Positions 1 through 12,830 of a stretch of DNA of 64,000 nt are shown piece after piece. This stretch comes from Chiloscyllium plagiosum. Lineage: Eukaryota. The stretch is from assembly GCF_004010195.1 (NCBI RefSeq), contig NC_057750.1:15103362-15167361 (forward strand), read 5' to 3'. The notes under the pieces were generated by a model, which was not told where the DNA came from, did no database searches, and saw only the letters and a program-made list of their open reading frames with translations. The position numbers and the translations under genes are program-made. Every line of letters begins with the position of its first letter. The stretch's first letter is position 1.

Positions 1-183
1 CCACTCACCTATTGTACTCTATGCTACTTTCTCCCCACGCCCACCCCCCTCTCATTTATCTCTCCACCCTGCAGGCTCCCTGCCTCTATTCCTGATGAAG
101 GGCTTTTGCCCGAAACGTCGATTTTCCTGCTCCTCGGATGCTGTCTGAACTGCTGTGCTTTTCCAGCACCACTCTAATCTAGA
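1..183 (+). mobile_element. 3' part of Penelope-like element derivative, family A, with hammerhead core at 92-119
   Basis: CTGATGA-A-GGGC-TTTT-GCCC-GAAA-CGTC followed by the tail shared with copies at 3900, 20929, 33393 and 43141. Confidence 0.7.
92..119 (+). ncRNA. Minimal hammerhead ribozyme motif (family A)
   Basis: CUGAUGA core, extra A, stem II GGGC/GCCC, GAAA, palindromic ACGU in place of stem III, GUC triplet; stem I is weak. Confidence 0.65.
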
Positions 184-214
184 ATGGGGTGTACAAAGTT
201 GAAACCTCCAACAT

Positions 215-522
215 AGTGTCTAGCTAACACCAATTGTTACAGTTAACCTGAGAATGCAACCTTTTTTTAAAAAGTTTTGTGATTTACACATGAAAGAAGT
301 GAAACTATCATGGTATTCAAACAGATGAAAGACTCAACAGAAAATCAGGGTATTTTTCAATGTATAATTTCAGTTACATCGCACTGTAAACTTTTGCTGT
401 AAATTCTGTGCCTTACAATTGCGTCCTCCACAAACACCTGATGAAGGAGCAGCGCTCCGAAAGCTAGTGCTTCCAATTAAACCTGTTGGACTATAACCTG
501 GTGTTGTGTGATTTTCAACTTT
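215..522 (+). mobile_element. Penelope-like element 3' terminal derivative, family B
   Basis: Same sequence as 51859-52075 and 55800-56100; ends in ...ggactataacctggtgttgtgtgatttt. Confidence 0.75.
438..466 (+). ncRNA. Minimal hammerhead ribozyme motif (family B)
   Basis: cac-CUGAUGA-A-GGAGC-agc-GCUCC-GAAA-GCUA-gug: 3-bp stem I, 5-bp stem II, palindromic AGCU, CUA triplet. Confidence 0.7.
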
Positions 523-894
523 ATAGGTACTATTGTTTTCCTAGCACCTTATCCCTCGAGATGATGGTGGCTTTATGTTCCTCCATCCCTTTCAACTTAT
601 GATTTTTCAAATATCTTCAGGACGTTTTCTAACTCTTATGAAGTGAAGACAGACATAAAATACTTGTTCAACACTCCCTCTGTTTCCTTGTTTTCCGTGA
701 TCAATTCCCCAGAGTTATTCGCGAGAGAGCTCACATGAGCTTTAATTAATTTTCTGTTTTATGAGGCTCAGTGCTAATATATCTTAATGGCTTAGACATC
801 GGAACAAAATAAACTGCCATAATTTGCCAAAATTTGCCGACTTGCAGGAGTAGCAAATAGTGACAATGATGCCATTGTCAACAACAGGACATTG

Positions 895-1350
895 TTAAAC
901 TTGAGAGGGGGATTTACAAGGATGTTGTGGGGTCTGGAGGGTTTGGACTACAGGAAGAGGCTGAATACACTGGGACCTTTCTCCCTGGAGCGTCAGAGGC
1001 TGAGGGGTGACCATATAGAAGTTTATAAATCATGAGGGGCATGGATAGGGTGAATAGCTAAGGTCCTTTTTGTAGGGTGGGGGAGTCTAAAACTAGACAG
1101 CATAGATTTAAGGTGAGAGGGGAAAGATTTAAAAAGGAAATGAGGGGTAAGTTTTCAGAGAGCAGGTGCATGTATGGAATGAGCTGCCAGAGGATGTGGT
1201 GGAGGATGTGGTGGAGGCACTTGGATGGGTATATGAATAGGAAGGGTTGAGAGGGAAAACTGGCATATTGCACTATGTCAAATTGGCATGTCTGGTCAGC
1301 ACTGAGTTGGACCAAAGGGTCTGTTTCTGTGCTGTATGACACTATGATAT
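895..1350 (+). mobile_element. CR1/HER1 LINE 3' fragment
   Basis: Decayed ORF2 C-terminus (FTRML-GLEGL-ERQRLRGD motifs) and HER1-type tail. Confidence 0.85.
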
Positions 1351-1519
1351 CAGTAGGCCAGCAGAATGGGCAGACATGCAGTCAGTAGAATTCAATACAG
1401 AAGTCTGTGAGGCAATTCTAAAGAGTGTGGAAGAATAATGGACTCAGGGACTGCAGTGCATCAATTATTGAGTGGACTGGATGCAATAGATGGGGAAAAG
1501 CTGTTCCTGCTTGTAAAAT

Positions 1520-2330
1520 AGAGTCATAGAGATCTATAGCACGAAAATACACCCTTCAGTCCAACACGTCCATGCCGACCAGATATCCCAACCCAATCTC
1601 GTCCCATTTGCCAGCACCCGGCCCATATCCCTCCAAAACCTTCCTATTCATATACCCACCCAGATGCCTTTTAAATGTTGCAATTGTACCAGTCTCCACC
1701 ATTTCCTCTGGCAGCTCATTCCATACACGTACCACCCTCTGTGTGAAAAAGTTGCCTCTTAGGCCCCTTTTAATTTTTTCCCCACTCACCTTAAACCTAT
1801 GCTCTCCAGTTTTGGACTTCCCCATCCTGGGGAAAATACCTTGTCTATTTATGCTATCCATGGCTCTTATGATTTTGTAAACCTCCATAAGGTCACCCCT
1901 CAGCTTCCGACGCTCCAGGGAAAACAGCTTCAGCCTCTCCCTATTGTTCAATCCTTCCAACCCTGGCAACATCCTTGTAAATCTTTTCAAGTTTCACAAC
2001 ATTCTTCCTATAGGAAGGAGAACAGAATTGCACACAATATTCCAACAGTGGTCTAACCAATGTCCTGTACAGCTGCAACATGACCTCCTAACTCCTGTAT
2101 TCAATGCACTGACCAATAAAGGCAAGCATACCAAACACCTCCTCCACTATCCTATTTACCTGAGACTCCACTTTCAAGGAACTATGACCCTGCACTCCAA
2201 GGTCACTTTGTTCAGCAACACTCCCCAGGACCTTACTATTAAGTGTATAAGTCTTGTCTTGATTAGCCTACCCAAAATGCAGCACCTCACATTTATCTAA
2301 ATTAAACTCCATCAGCCGCTCCTCTGGCCA
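1520..2330 (-). mobile_element. CR1/HER1 LINE 3' fragment
   Basis: ORF 1556-1990: KRFTRMLPGLEGL...LFSLERRKLRGDL...GNFFTQRVVRVWNELPEE, typical CR1 ORF2 C-terminus. Confidence 0.9.
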
Positions 2331-2659
2331 AAGAAACAAAAGCAAGAGGGCATAGACTTAAAGTGCAAAAGAAGAAAAGGTGATGTGAGAAAATAACTTG
2401 TTCACTCAGTGAGTAATTAGGAACTGGAATGCCGTGCTTGGAAATGTGGTAGAGACAGGTTCAACTGGGAAGTGAAGAGGGCTATTAGATGGTTATTTGG
2501 ATAAAAAGGATGTACAAGGAAATGGGGAAAGGAAGAAGAGTGAGGGAGCAGTGCTAACCACTGAGCCACTGTGCCGCCCAATGGTCGAATGGAGATTTGG
2601 TGACTGGAGGCCTGTGTACGGTGAGATTCCAGCGACCATAGTTGGAGCCTTTGGTATTT

Positions 2660-3010
2660 ATGTCATAGAGATGTACAGCATGGAAACAGACCCTTCGGTC
2701 CAACTTGTCCATGCTGACCAGATATTCCAACCAAATCTAGTCCCATTTGCCAGCACTTGGCCCACATCCCTCCAAACCCTTCCAATTTATGTCCCCAGCA
2801 ATGCTGTAATTCTACCAGCCTCCACCACTTCCTCTGGCAGCTCATTCCATACACACACCATCCTCTGTGAGAAAACGTTGCCCCTTAAGTGTCTTTTGAA
2901 ATTTTCCCCTCTCACCCCAAACCTATGTCCTCTAGTTGTGGACTCACCCACCCCAGGGAAACGACCTTGTCTGTTTACTCTAACCATGTCCCTCATGATT
3001 TTACAAACCT
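2660..3010 (-). mobile_element. CR1/HER1 LINE 3' fragment
   Basis: TRGHRF...RGNVFSQRMVCVWNELPEEVVEAG. Confidence 0.85.
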
Positions 3011-3799
3011 CATTCAGACTTGCATGTAGGAGGGCTGATCAGCAAGTTCGTAGATGATATGAAAATTGTTAGGCTAGTAAATAGTAAGGAGGATAGCCTT
3101 AGATTACAGGAGGACATAGATGGGTTGATCCGGTGAGCAGATCAGTGGCAAATGAAATTTAAAATACAGATAAATAGAAGGGTGATGCTCTTGAGCAGGG
3201 CAAACCTGTTCAGGAAACACATGATGAACATAGGACTCTGGGAAATATCAGTGATCAGACAGACCTTGTGTGCATGTTCACTAGTGGTCTAAGGTAAGGA
3301 TAGATAAAATATTGAGAAGACAATACGAAGACTTATCTTTACTAACTGACACAGAGAGTTTAAGAGCAAGGAGATGATGCAGGAACTGTTGGCCAGTGGA
3401 GATGTGGAATCCATGTTATAGGAGGGATATGATAGCACGGGAGAGGGTGCAGAGGAAATTTACCAGGGTGTTGCCTGGACTGGAGTGATGAAGAGCCATG
3501 GGACAGACTGGGGTTGTTTTCCTTGGAGCCAAGGAAATGATTGAGATGCATAAAATTATGTGAAGCATGTACAGGACGAACCTTTTCCCCCCTTGCTGGA
3601 GGGATCAGTAACCATCGGGAAAGGTAAGGGCCAAGAGGTGTAGAGGAGATGTGAGGGAAGCCATTTTCCCTTCCAGAGGATGGTAGGAATCTGTAACTCA
3701 CTGCTGGTAAGGATGGTGGAAGCAGAAACCCTCATGACATTTCAGAAATATTTAGACGTACACTTGCGATGCCAAGGTATACAAGGATATGGGGCAATT

Positions 3800-4232
3800 A
3801 TTTATTTATTCACAGGATGAGGGCATTGCTGGCTGGAGTTATTGCCCATCCCGAATTGCCCAGAGTTCAGATAAGAGTCAACCACATTACTGTGGGTCGT
3901 GAGTCGAGAGTATGGCGCTGGAAAAGCACGGCAGGCCAAGCAGCAAGAGAATCACCGTCTCGGGCATAAGCCTTCATCAGGAAGGAGTGGATCTGGAGTC
4001 ACATGTAGGCCATACCAGGTAAGGACGGCAGTTTCTTTCCCCAAAGGGCGTTAGTGAACCAAATGGGTTTTTCCAACAATTGACAATGCATTCCTGGTCA
4101 TCATTAGACTCTTAATTTATTGAATTCAAATTCCGCCACGTGCTGTGGTGGGAATTGAACGCAGATGTCCAGATCATTACCTGGGTCTGGATTAACTGGC
4201 TAGCGATAATACCACTAGGCTACTGCCTCCCC
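3800..4232 (-). mobile_element. Second tRNA-type SINE family (non-HE1) with nested family A PLE fragment at about 3905-3985
   Basis: Same sequence at about 21950-22200, 46080-46400, 49590-49850 and 49940-50485; tail similar to the 3' end of the LINE at 32300-34170. Confidence 0.65.
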
Positions 4233-4694
4233 AAACAAGTGCTTGAAAATGGGATCAGGATAAATAGGTGCATTTTTTTTTGCCTAGTACAGATTCAATG
4301 GGCCGAAGGGCTTTTTTCTGAGCTGTAGACGTCTATGACTCTATTTTGAGGTTGAAAATTGTCGCAATCCTTTTGTGAGACCTGTTGGAGGAGGATGAAG
4401 TTGGGGAAATGTCTAAGAGCCAGGGTGGCAGAGTGGGGTAGTTGAAGCGCTGTGAGTGTGGGAGCAAAAGTAGAGCTGTATTGTCCTAATCCCCATGTTC
4501 TGATGTCCCCCCGGAATTGAGTGATCATAATAGGAGGTTCAGCCTCCAGGTGTATCCAGGCCGTTCTGTTATAACATGCATTTCATCAATGCGAATTCAC
4601 TCTAACGTGATTGACAAAGTGGAGACGCTGTTCCTACAGCGAGAACTTCGAAAATATGTGCTGGCTGTAATGCGACAATAGCGCCAATACTTTA

Positions 4695-5120
4695 GACCAT
4701 AAGACATAGGAGTGGAAGTAAGGCCATTCAGCCCATTGAGTCCACTCCGCCATTTAATCATGGCTGATGGGCATTTCAACTTCACTTACCTGCACTCTCC
4801 CCGTATCCCTTAATTCCTTGCGAGATCAAGAACTTATCAATCTCTGCCTTGAAGACATTTAACGTCCCGGCCTCCACTGCGCTCCGTGGCAAAGAATTCC
4901 ATAGGCCCACCACTCTCTGGCTGAAGAAATGTCTCCTCATTTCCGTTCTAAATTGACCCCCTCTAATTCTAAGACTGTGCCCATGGGCCCTAGTCTCCTC
5001 GCCTAAAGGAAACAACTTCCCAACATCCACCCTTTCTAAGCCAGGCATTATCCTGTAAGTTTCTATTAGATCTCCCCTCAATCTCTAAACTCCAATGAAT
5101 ACAATCCCAGAATCCTCAGC
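4695..5120 (-). mobile_element. CR1-clade LINE 3' fragment (different subfamily)
   Basis: ORF 4782-5081 RGDLIETYRIM...FFSQRVVGLWNSLP. Confidence 0.85.
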
Positions 5121-6073
5121 TTTAAGCACTGTTTGTAAAGCGCAATTTTTCGATAACATGGGGTTGCACAAGAACACAATCATCGCATTATAGAATAACT
5201 GACTGTATATGTCTTGTTCTAATCATTGGTATGAACAACACCAATATCAGGGTGTAACAAATCACCCAAACCACACATTCACCATTAACGTTAAAAGTCA
5301 CACAACACCAGGTTATAGTCCAACAGGTTTAATTGGAAGCACTGGCTTTCGGAGCGATGCTCCTTCACAAACACCTGACCTGGTGTTGTGTGATTTTTTT
5401 TAACTATGTACACCCCAGTCCAACACCGGCAGCTCCATATCATGGTCACCATTCAAGATACTGACGGCAGCAATGCATAAGTCAACACGTAGTCGATAGG
5501 GTGTTCAGTTTTATCACCACCCCAATGGGTATCAGTTCATGTTCCACTTATCGTCAAACCTCTGATAAAGCCTCAGATCGAATTCCATTGAGCATAGTAA
5601 CCCTGTGTCAACCGCAATGGATGATGCTATCAATTAACTCCCTTAAACATTAGGTACATTTTCATTTTTAAGAAGTGGCTGCTTAGTGAATTAGAAACTG
5701 CGTTCATCTGATAAATGAAAGTAAAATAAACCACAGAAGCTTGTGGAAAGTTCATTTCACTGCACTTCAAAATAAACGAGCAATCAGTAGCAGCTCACGT
5801 TAGCCTTACACCAGGTTCAAATAGATACAAACACGTCAAAGCAAAAATGGCCCACGCTCTTATTTTAACCTAGTGATCCTCTGGGTATCAGAGACAGTGA
5901 AGGTTACGGGTATCAGGAACAGGGAGAGTTCCAGGCATCAGGTACATAGTGTCCCGGAATGTGCCAGCTAGGTGGATTGGCCATTGTTAATGGGATAGGA
6001 GAGGGTGTTTAGATTTGGGTGGGATGCTATTCGGAGGTCATTGCAGACTTTATGGACTGAATGGTTTCTATTT

Positions 6074-6320
6074 TTTCTTCTTTAAACCCCCACACTCCCG
6101 CCTAACTGCAATTGTGCTTACTTTTCCCCAGCACGTATGTTGTGTGTGTGTGCAGGTGAGAGACACAGTGAAAGATAACAAGTGTACCAATCTTTATTCA
6201 ATTTCCACTACCAGGAAGAAAGGAAACACCCAAGTGGCCAGTGACAAGCAATGCCCTTCTCATCAATGCTGCGTGATCAGAAAGGTGAAGGAGGGGGCAG
6301 GGATTAAATCAAAATAGAGT
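6074..6320 (-). mobile_element. 5'-truncated poly(A)-type retroelement end inserted into an HE1-like SINE
   Basis: 21-bp direct duplication tggactgaatggtttctattt at 6053-6073 and 6321-6341; T-rich (minus-strand A-rich) end; minus-strand AATAAA. Confidence 0.65.
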
Positions 6321-6944
6321 TGGACTGAATGGTTTCTATTTGCACCATAGGGATTCTATGATTTGTCTCCCTCGTTGAGGGTGCGGGAGATAAATTCCTT
6401 CTTGATGACCTGGAGTAGGTCTGACCTTCTGCCAAATCCCGTGCTGCCCCACTCCTTCTTCCAGTATCTTGTCCCACTCTGTGTCACCTCTGCTCATGCG
6501 CCTGTACTCCAAAGGAATTGCATCTTGTTGGCCCCGTTTTTAATATTTAAGTCACTATGGTCCCAGAGTACCATAGGGCTGTTCTCTCATTAAGTGGTGG
6601 TTTAACCTGAGGATTATGGACATGCAATCCCAATCCCTGTATACCTAGGCAGGGCTTTAGATAACCAGGTCATGTACAAATATGACAGTTCTGCCACTGA
6701 AACTTGGCAAAGCCACTGTCCACCTGAGAGGGAAACAACCATTTACCACAACTCAAGCCAATTTTGGTTTAATCAAGCTGATACTGACCCTTCTATTCCA
6801 CCAGCCTTCATTTCATCAACTTGCCTTTTATGTGGTGTCACATTAAGTGCTTACCAAAAATTCATATACACAACTTCCACCACAATGCCTTCATCAATTA
6901 TTCTCTGTTGCTGAATTAAAACATTTAATCAGATGCGAGCATTA

Positions 6945-7737
6945 GAGGTACAGTCAGTAAGTTTGCAGATGACACCAACTTGGAGGTGAAGTGGACAGTG
7001 AAGAAGGTTACCTCAGATTACAGCAGGATCTTGATCCGATGGGCCAATGGGCTGAGAAGTGGCAGATGGAGTTTAATTCAGATAAGTGCGAGGTGCTGCA
7101 TTTTGGGAAAGCAAATCTTAGCAGGACTTATACACTAATGGTAAGGTCCTCGGAAGTGTTGCTGAACAAAGAGACCTTGGAGTGCAGGTTCATAGCTCCT
7201 TGAAAGTGGAGTTGCAGGTAGATAGGATAGTGAAGAAGGTGTTTGGTATGCTTCCCTTTATTGGTCAGGGTATTGAGTACAGGAGTTGGGAGGTCATGCT
7301 GCGGCTGTACAGAACATTAGTTAGGCCACTGTTGGAATATTGCGTGCAATTCTGGTCTCCTTCCTATCGGAAAGATGTTGTGAAGGATTCAGGAAAGATT
7401 TACAAGGATGTTGCCAGGGTTGGAGGATTTGAGCTATAGTTAGAGGGCATAGGTTTAGGGTGAGAGAGGAAAGATATAAAAAAGACCTAAGGGGCAACTT
7501 TTTCACGCAGAGGGTGGTACGTGTATGGAATGAGCTGCCAGAGGAAGTGGTGGAGGCTGGTACAATTGCAACATTTAAAAGGCATTTGCATGGGTATGTG
7601 AATAGGAAGGGTTTGGAGGGATATGGGCCGGGTGCTGGCAGGTGGGACTAGATTGGGTTGGGATATCTGGTCGGCATGGACTGGTTGGACTGAAAGGTCT
7701 GTTTCCATGCTGTACATCTCTATGACTCTATGACTCT
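6945..7737 (+). mobile_element. CR1/HER1 LINE 3' fragment
   Basis: KFADDT, WAEKWQMEFNSDKCEVLHFG, LYRTLVRPLLEYCVQFWSP and (ctatgact)n tail. Confidence 0.92.
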
Positions 7738-8539
7738 ACTCAGACATGACTTAAACTTTATAAGTCTGTACTGACTTTCCTCAATTTTATTGGGTCTTTT
7801 TTTAACCCTATGCTTATTGTTTCCAAATCTTGACCCACTGCAGGTGTTAAACTGACCAGAATGTAATTACTTGAAATGTAACTGTTCCCTCATTTCTAGC
7901 GATCAGAAAATGCTGGCTTTCCCATTCATTTTCTCCAATCCCATCCTCTCCTGAGATGTACACCATATGAACCAGGCACCTTATCCATTCCAATTATACC
8001 CAGCCTTTCCATTGTTAACGTCCTCCTTCCTCAGTAAATGCTGGTACAGCTTATTCATTAGTTACTTCTGAAAAGGGCCCCATTTAATTGAATCGTTTCC
8101 TGTCGCACCATTCAGGACTATTTGCAAGAATACCAAAACAAGGGGAAAGCCATATTGTATAAGAGGGGAATGGTGATTGGTTGGCAGGTCGAGTCTGATT
8201 GGTAGATGTGTTGGCATGGGGAGTGTGTCACTTAAGGATGGTTGATCACCTGACCTTGTGGAAGGAAGCACAAAAGGAGAAAAGATCATTCTGAAGGAAT
8301 TGTCTGTGACGTTGATGTCTGGATTGGAATAATTGGAAAATATAGGGTGGCAGAAGTCAATGGAAGTAGAGTCCTCCTGATGTCAGATTGCACTCAGCAT
8401 GATTCTCATTAAAACAAACTTGTCTCTTTCTCCAAAGGACAAATACAAAACCACAACGTATATTGTATATCTTAGATCAAAGCACTGGCTACCAAGTGAT
8501 GTATATAAATATCATTTACATTTACGTATATACACAATA

Positions 8540-9235
8540 CAGAGAAACCTCGATTACCCGAATACAGAAACATTGCATCAAAGATGTGTGTCCAACAATG
8601 ATCGTGTCTTTTGTTTACAGTGATTAAAAGTGCTGCCGAGAACAGTCCTGGACTGATGGGAGAACAGGCACCGTCTTTAAATAATTGACCTCCCACCCCC
8701 GCTCTCTCTCTCCCCTCATACTTTCCCTGGAGTTCTACACAGGGGTGTACCCTAAATCCCCTCTTCCCCAGATAATCTCTATAACATTGTCCTGTGCAGG
8801 GCAAAGGTGGAACCTGTCAAAGTGGCAGTAAAAAGTTGTGTGTGTGCGCGTGTGTGCTATTTGGAGACTTACCCCCCCCAAAAGGCAGCAGCAGCGGTCT
8901 TGTTGTTGGTGTCCAGTTCGGTTGCCCCGGAGAGGGGGCGGGGGCTGAAGGGTGTGGGGGTGGAGGCGGGTGGGGGCAACGTTGGGGGTGTACAGGGGGT
9001 GTGGGGGGCGGAGTGGGGGGCGGTGTTGGACTGGGTTTGGGGTGTGGGCAGTATTGGGGGGGGGGCGGCACAGGTCTCACGTGCGGTGTGCTGCTGCTAC
9101 TCTCCTGAAGGAGGGGCAGATTTAATAGAAAACTCCGTGCCCCAGAGGAAAGGCATTGAATCGATTAACCAAATAATCAATTATCCGAATGAAGTAGTGC
9201 CCGCCCATCTCTTTGGGATAATCGAAGTTCCTCTG
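8540..9235. mobile_element. Tc1/mariner (Tigger/pogo-like) non-autonomous element
   Basis: Imperfect TIRs cagagaaacctcgattacccgaa / ttgggataatcgaagttcctctg, each flanked by TA; no transposase. Confidence 0.7.
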
Positions 9236-10319
9236 TATATAAATGACTTGGATGAGATTATATATTACTGCCAGGTTTGTGATGACACAAAAATAGATGG
9301 GAATACAAGTCATGAGGGTGACATAAGGAGGTGACAGAGAGATGTGGACAGGATAAGTGAGTGGGCAAAACATTTGGGGAATAGAATATAATGTGGGAAG
9401 CATGAGGTTATACATTTTGGCAGGAAGAATAGAGGAGTTGAATATTATTTAAGTGGAAAAAGACGATAGAGTCCCTGTGCATGAACCACAAAAACCCAGC
9501 TTCCAAGTTCAACAGGTCATAGGGAAGGGAAAGGAATGTTGGCCTTTATTTCAAAGTGGAGTGTAAAAGTAGGAAGGTTTTGCTAAAATCACAAGATACT
9601 GGTCAGACCACAGCTGGAATTTTGCGAACAGTTTGGGCCCTTTATCTAAGGAAAGATATCCTGGTGTTGGGAGGCAGTCATGAAAAGGTTCATTAAGTTG
9701 ATCCCAGGGACAGGGTGGAGCAGACTCAATGGACTGAATGACTTACTTTTCCTCTTACCTCATTATAACAGTTGTATCGCTTAATCCACACGGAGGACTC
9801 ACCAAGAAGGCAGCATTCCAACAATTTTCAAGTCCAATTCCATAGAAGTCCCACTTGACTCAGAAGCTTAACTCTGGTTCTCTCTCTACAGATGCTGCTA
9901 CACCCGCTGAATTTCCCCAGAATTCTCTGTGTTTGTTTCAGATTTCCAGCATCTCCAGTGTTTGGCTTTTATATATTTCGGTTCACTACATCGTCTGCAG
10001 CTGTTCAATAAGTCAGTACACCCACCACTTCCTCCAAAGCATCTAGATTTCAGCCACAAATGTAGACCTTGGCGAAAAATATAGAGAATAGATTCCATGG
10101 CGCAGGCCAAATATTGGTCACTAGTGACCTGTTTACTTTTAGCAAACTGCTGTCAGTTTAAGATTCTCTTTAATCACTCAATCTGAGATCCAGATTAACA
10201 TGGTTGAGCTCTGTGCTTCATTCAGAAAACAAACTTCCCAAACTCTCTCCAGACTCAGCTTAAAACCTACCGACTTGACCAAACATTGGGGAACCTATCC
10301 CTATGTGTTGTGTGTCGTA

Positions 10320-10920
10320 GAGTCATGGAATCATAGAAATTGACAGCACAGAAGCAGACCTTTCTGTCCAACTTGTCCATGCCGACCAGATATCCCTACC
10401 TAATCTGGTCCCATTTGCCAGCACTTCACTCATATCCCTCCAAACCCTTCCTATTCATTTACATCCAGATGCCTTTTAAATGCAGTAATTGTACCAGCCT
10501 CCACCACTTCCTCTGGCAGCTCATTCCATACATGCACCAACCTCTGCGTGAAAAAGGTCCCTTTTAAATCTCCGCTCTCACCCTAAACCTATGCCCTCTA
10601 GTTCTGGACTCCCCCACCCCGGGGAAAAGACCTTGTCTATTTAATCTATCCACGCCCCTCATGATTTTATAAACCTCTGTTAGGTCACCCCTCAGCCTCC
10701 GACGCTCCAGGGAAAACAGCTCCAGTCTGCTCAGCCTCTCCCTATAACTCAAACCCTCCAACCCTGGCAACATCCTTGCAAATCTTTTCTGACCCCTTTG
10801 AAGTTTCACAACATCCTTCCTATAGGAGGGAGATCAGGATTTCACACAATATTCCAAAAGTGGCCTAACCAACGTCCTGTTCAGCCACAATATGATCTCC
10901 CAACTCCTATATTCAATGCT
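10320..10920 (-). mobile_element. CR1/HER1 LINE 3' fragment
   Basis: ORF 10564-10809 QKRFARMLPGLEGLSYRERL...LERRRLRGDL. Confidence 0.9.
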
Positions 10921-11364
10921 TTGTGAACAGTATTTAAGTGAATAGGTGAGCCATTTTATTTCCTCACTTACAGGGTGAAAGAAAGAAGTTTGGTTGCACC
11001 TTTAGTAGGCATTCTGAAGTGCTTTTTTGGCCAATGTGTTATGCTATTCCTGATCTCAGGCAGGGCATTGATCTGGAATCTCGCAATGGAATAGCTGAGG
11101 ACTTTAATGAGGATCCCCACAAGAGGGCGCTCCATGGCAAAGGACAAAGTTAAAACTCCCACCACACCAGGTTATAGTCCAACAGGTTCATTTGAAACTG
11201 CTGGCTTTTGGAGCACTGCTCCTTCGTCCGACAGCTTGTACTTCCAAATAAACCTGTTGGACTGTAACCTGACGTTGTGTGATTTTTAACTTTGTCCACC
11301 CCCAATCCAACACCTATACCTCCACATCATGACAAAGGAGGAAGTGGACAGTGAACTGAAGATG

Positions 11365-11910
11365 AGATTAGATTCCCTACGGTGTGGAAACAGGCTATTC
11401 GGCCCAACCAGTCCACACCGACCCTCCGAAGAGTAACCCATCCAGACCCATTTTCCTTCTGACTAATGCAGCTAACACTATGGACAATTTAACATGGCCA
11501 ATTCACCTGGCCTGCACATCTTTGTACTGTGGGAGGAAACCGGAGCACCCAGAGGAAACCTACGCAGACATGGGGAGAATGTGCAAACTCCACACAGACA
11601 GTCGCCCGAGGCTGGAATCGAACCTAGGCCCCTGGTGCCGTGAGGCAGCAGTGCTAACCACTGAAGGGATTGTGACAGGCAACTGACTGTGTGGAGTTTG
11701 AACATTCTCCCCGTGTCTGCGTGAGTTTCCTCCGGGTGCTCTGGCTTTCTCTCACCATCCAATGATGTGCAGATTAGGTGAATTGGCTGTGCTAAATTGT
11801 CCATAGTGTTCTGGGTAAATGTAGGGGAATGGGTCTGGGTGGGTTACTCTTCGGAGGGTTGGTGTGGACTTGTTGGGCTGAAGGGCCTGTTTCCGTATTG
11901 TAGAATATCT
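11365..11910. mobile_element. Two HE1 SINEs in opposite orientation (about 11365-11663 minus; 11675-11910 plus)
   Basis: HE1 core gactgtctgtgtggagtttgcacattctcccc and tail gggcctgtttccacac...taatctaa. Confidence 0.85.
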
Positions 11911-12527
11911 CATTCTAAATATCCCACGTCCTGATTGCCACCCGGGTGCTTATACAGTCAGGGGCGGATAGCGGCGACAGAAGGAGATTGGGAGCGTTAG
12001 CCTCAGCCGCAGGAAGCACCCAGCTTCTCCCGAGACTAGGGGCCTGCCTGGAGAAAAAACTTCAATGTCTGGACGTTTCTCATCCCTTCTGGCTTTATTT
12101 CGGCTGTGTTTCTTTTATTCCGGTTTTGTAATCAAGTGTGTCACCAAGATGTCACCGATAATGGTGGTGGAGGCAAGGTGGCACCAGATGGTGGGTAGCA
12201 GCGCCTCAGCGAAGGGGAGTCAAGCCTGGCCAGCCATGGGCCATGACAGAGCACTTAACAAAAAGGGCAGACCCTTCCTTTATTTTGTTTTCCTGCCATG
12301 ATGTTTTGCTTTATTTTTCTGTGTTTAAAGATAGCGTGCGGAGTGGTGATACTCTTCAACACTTTTCACTGTATTTTGTAGCAAGATACACGGGGCAATG
12401 AAATAAATCAAATAAATCAATCAGAGCAGCCAAGATCGTGTTAAATGGCAGAGGGAGCTCAAAGGGCTGAATTGCCTTCTCCCTTTCCTAATTCCTGTGT
12501 TCCTCTGTTCCGTCAGTGACCATGTGA

Positions 12528-12830
12528 GGGCAGCACGGTGGCTCAGTGTTTAGCATGGCTGCCTCACAGCACCAGGGGCCCAGGTTCGATTCCAATCTCA
12601 GGCGACTGTCTGTGTGGAGTTTGCACATTCTCCCCGTGTCTGCGTGGGTTTCCTCCGGGTGCTCCGGTTTCCTCCCACAGTCCAAAGATGTGCAAGTTCG
12701 GTTAATTGGCCATGCTAAATTGCCCATAGCGTGGAGTGCATTAGTCAGGGGGACAAGGGGTTTGGGTGGGTTACTCTTCAGAGGGTCGGTGTGGACTTGT
12801 TTCCGCACGGTAGGGAATCTAAAAAATATC
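12528..12830 (+). mobile_element. HE1 SINE
   Basis: tRNA-like head with A box (tggctcagtg) and B box (ggttcgattcc), conserved core, LINE-like tail. Confidence 0.9.

Noticed and set aside
8062..8289. Minus-strand exon candidate
   Set aside because: Weak donor, no recognisable protein, and the ccaatc-rich interior looks like an LTR/repeat remnant
8794..9334. Gly-rich / Pro-rich ORFs
   Set aside because: Arise from the G-rich interior of the MITE and adjacent CR1 sequence
12528..12610. tRNA genes
   Set aside because: A/B boxes belong to HE1 SINE heads that continue into SINE core and tail; same for the other copies
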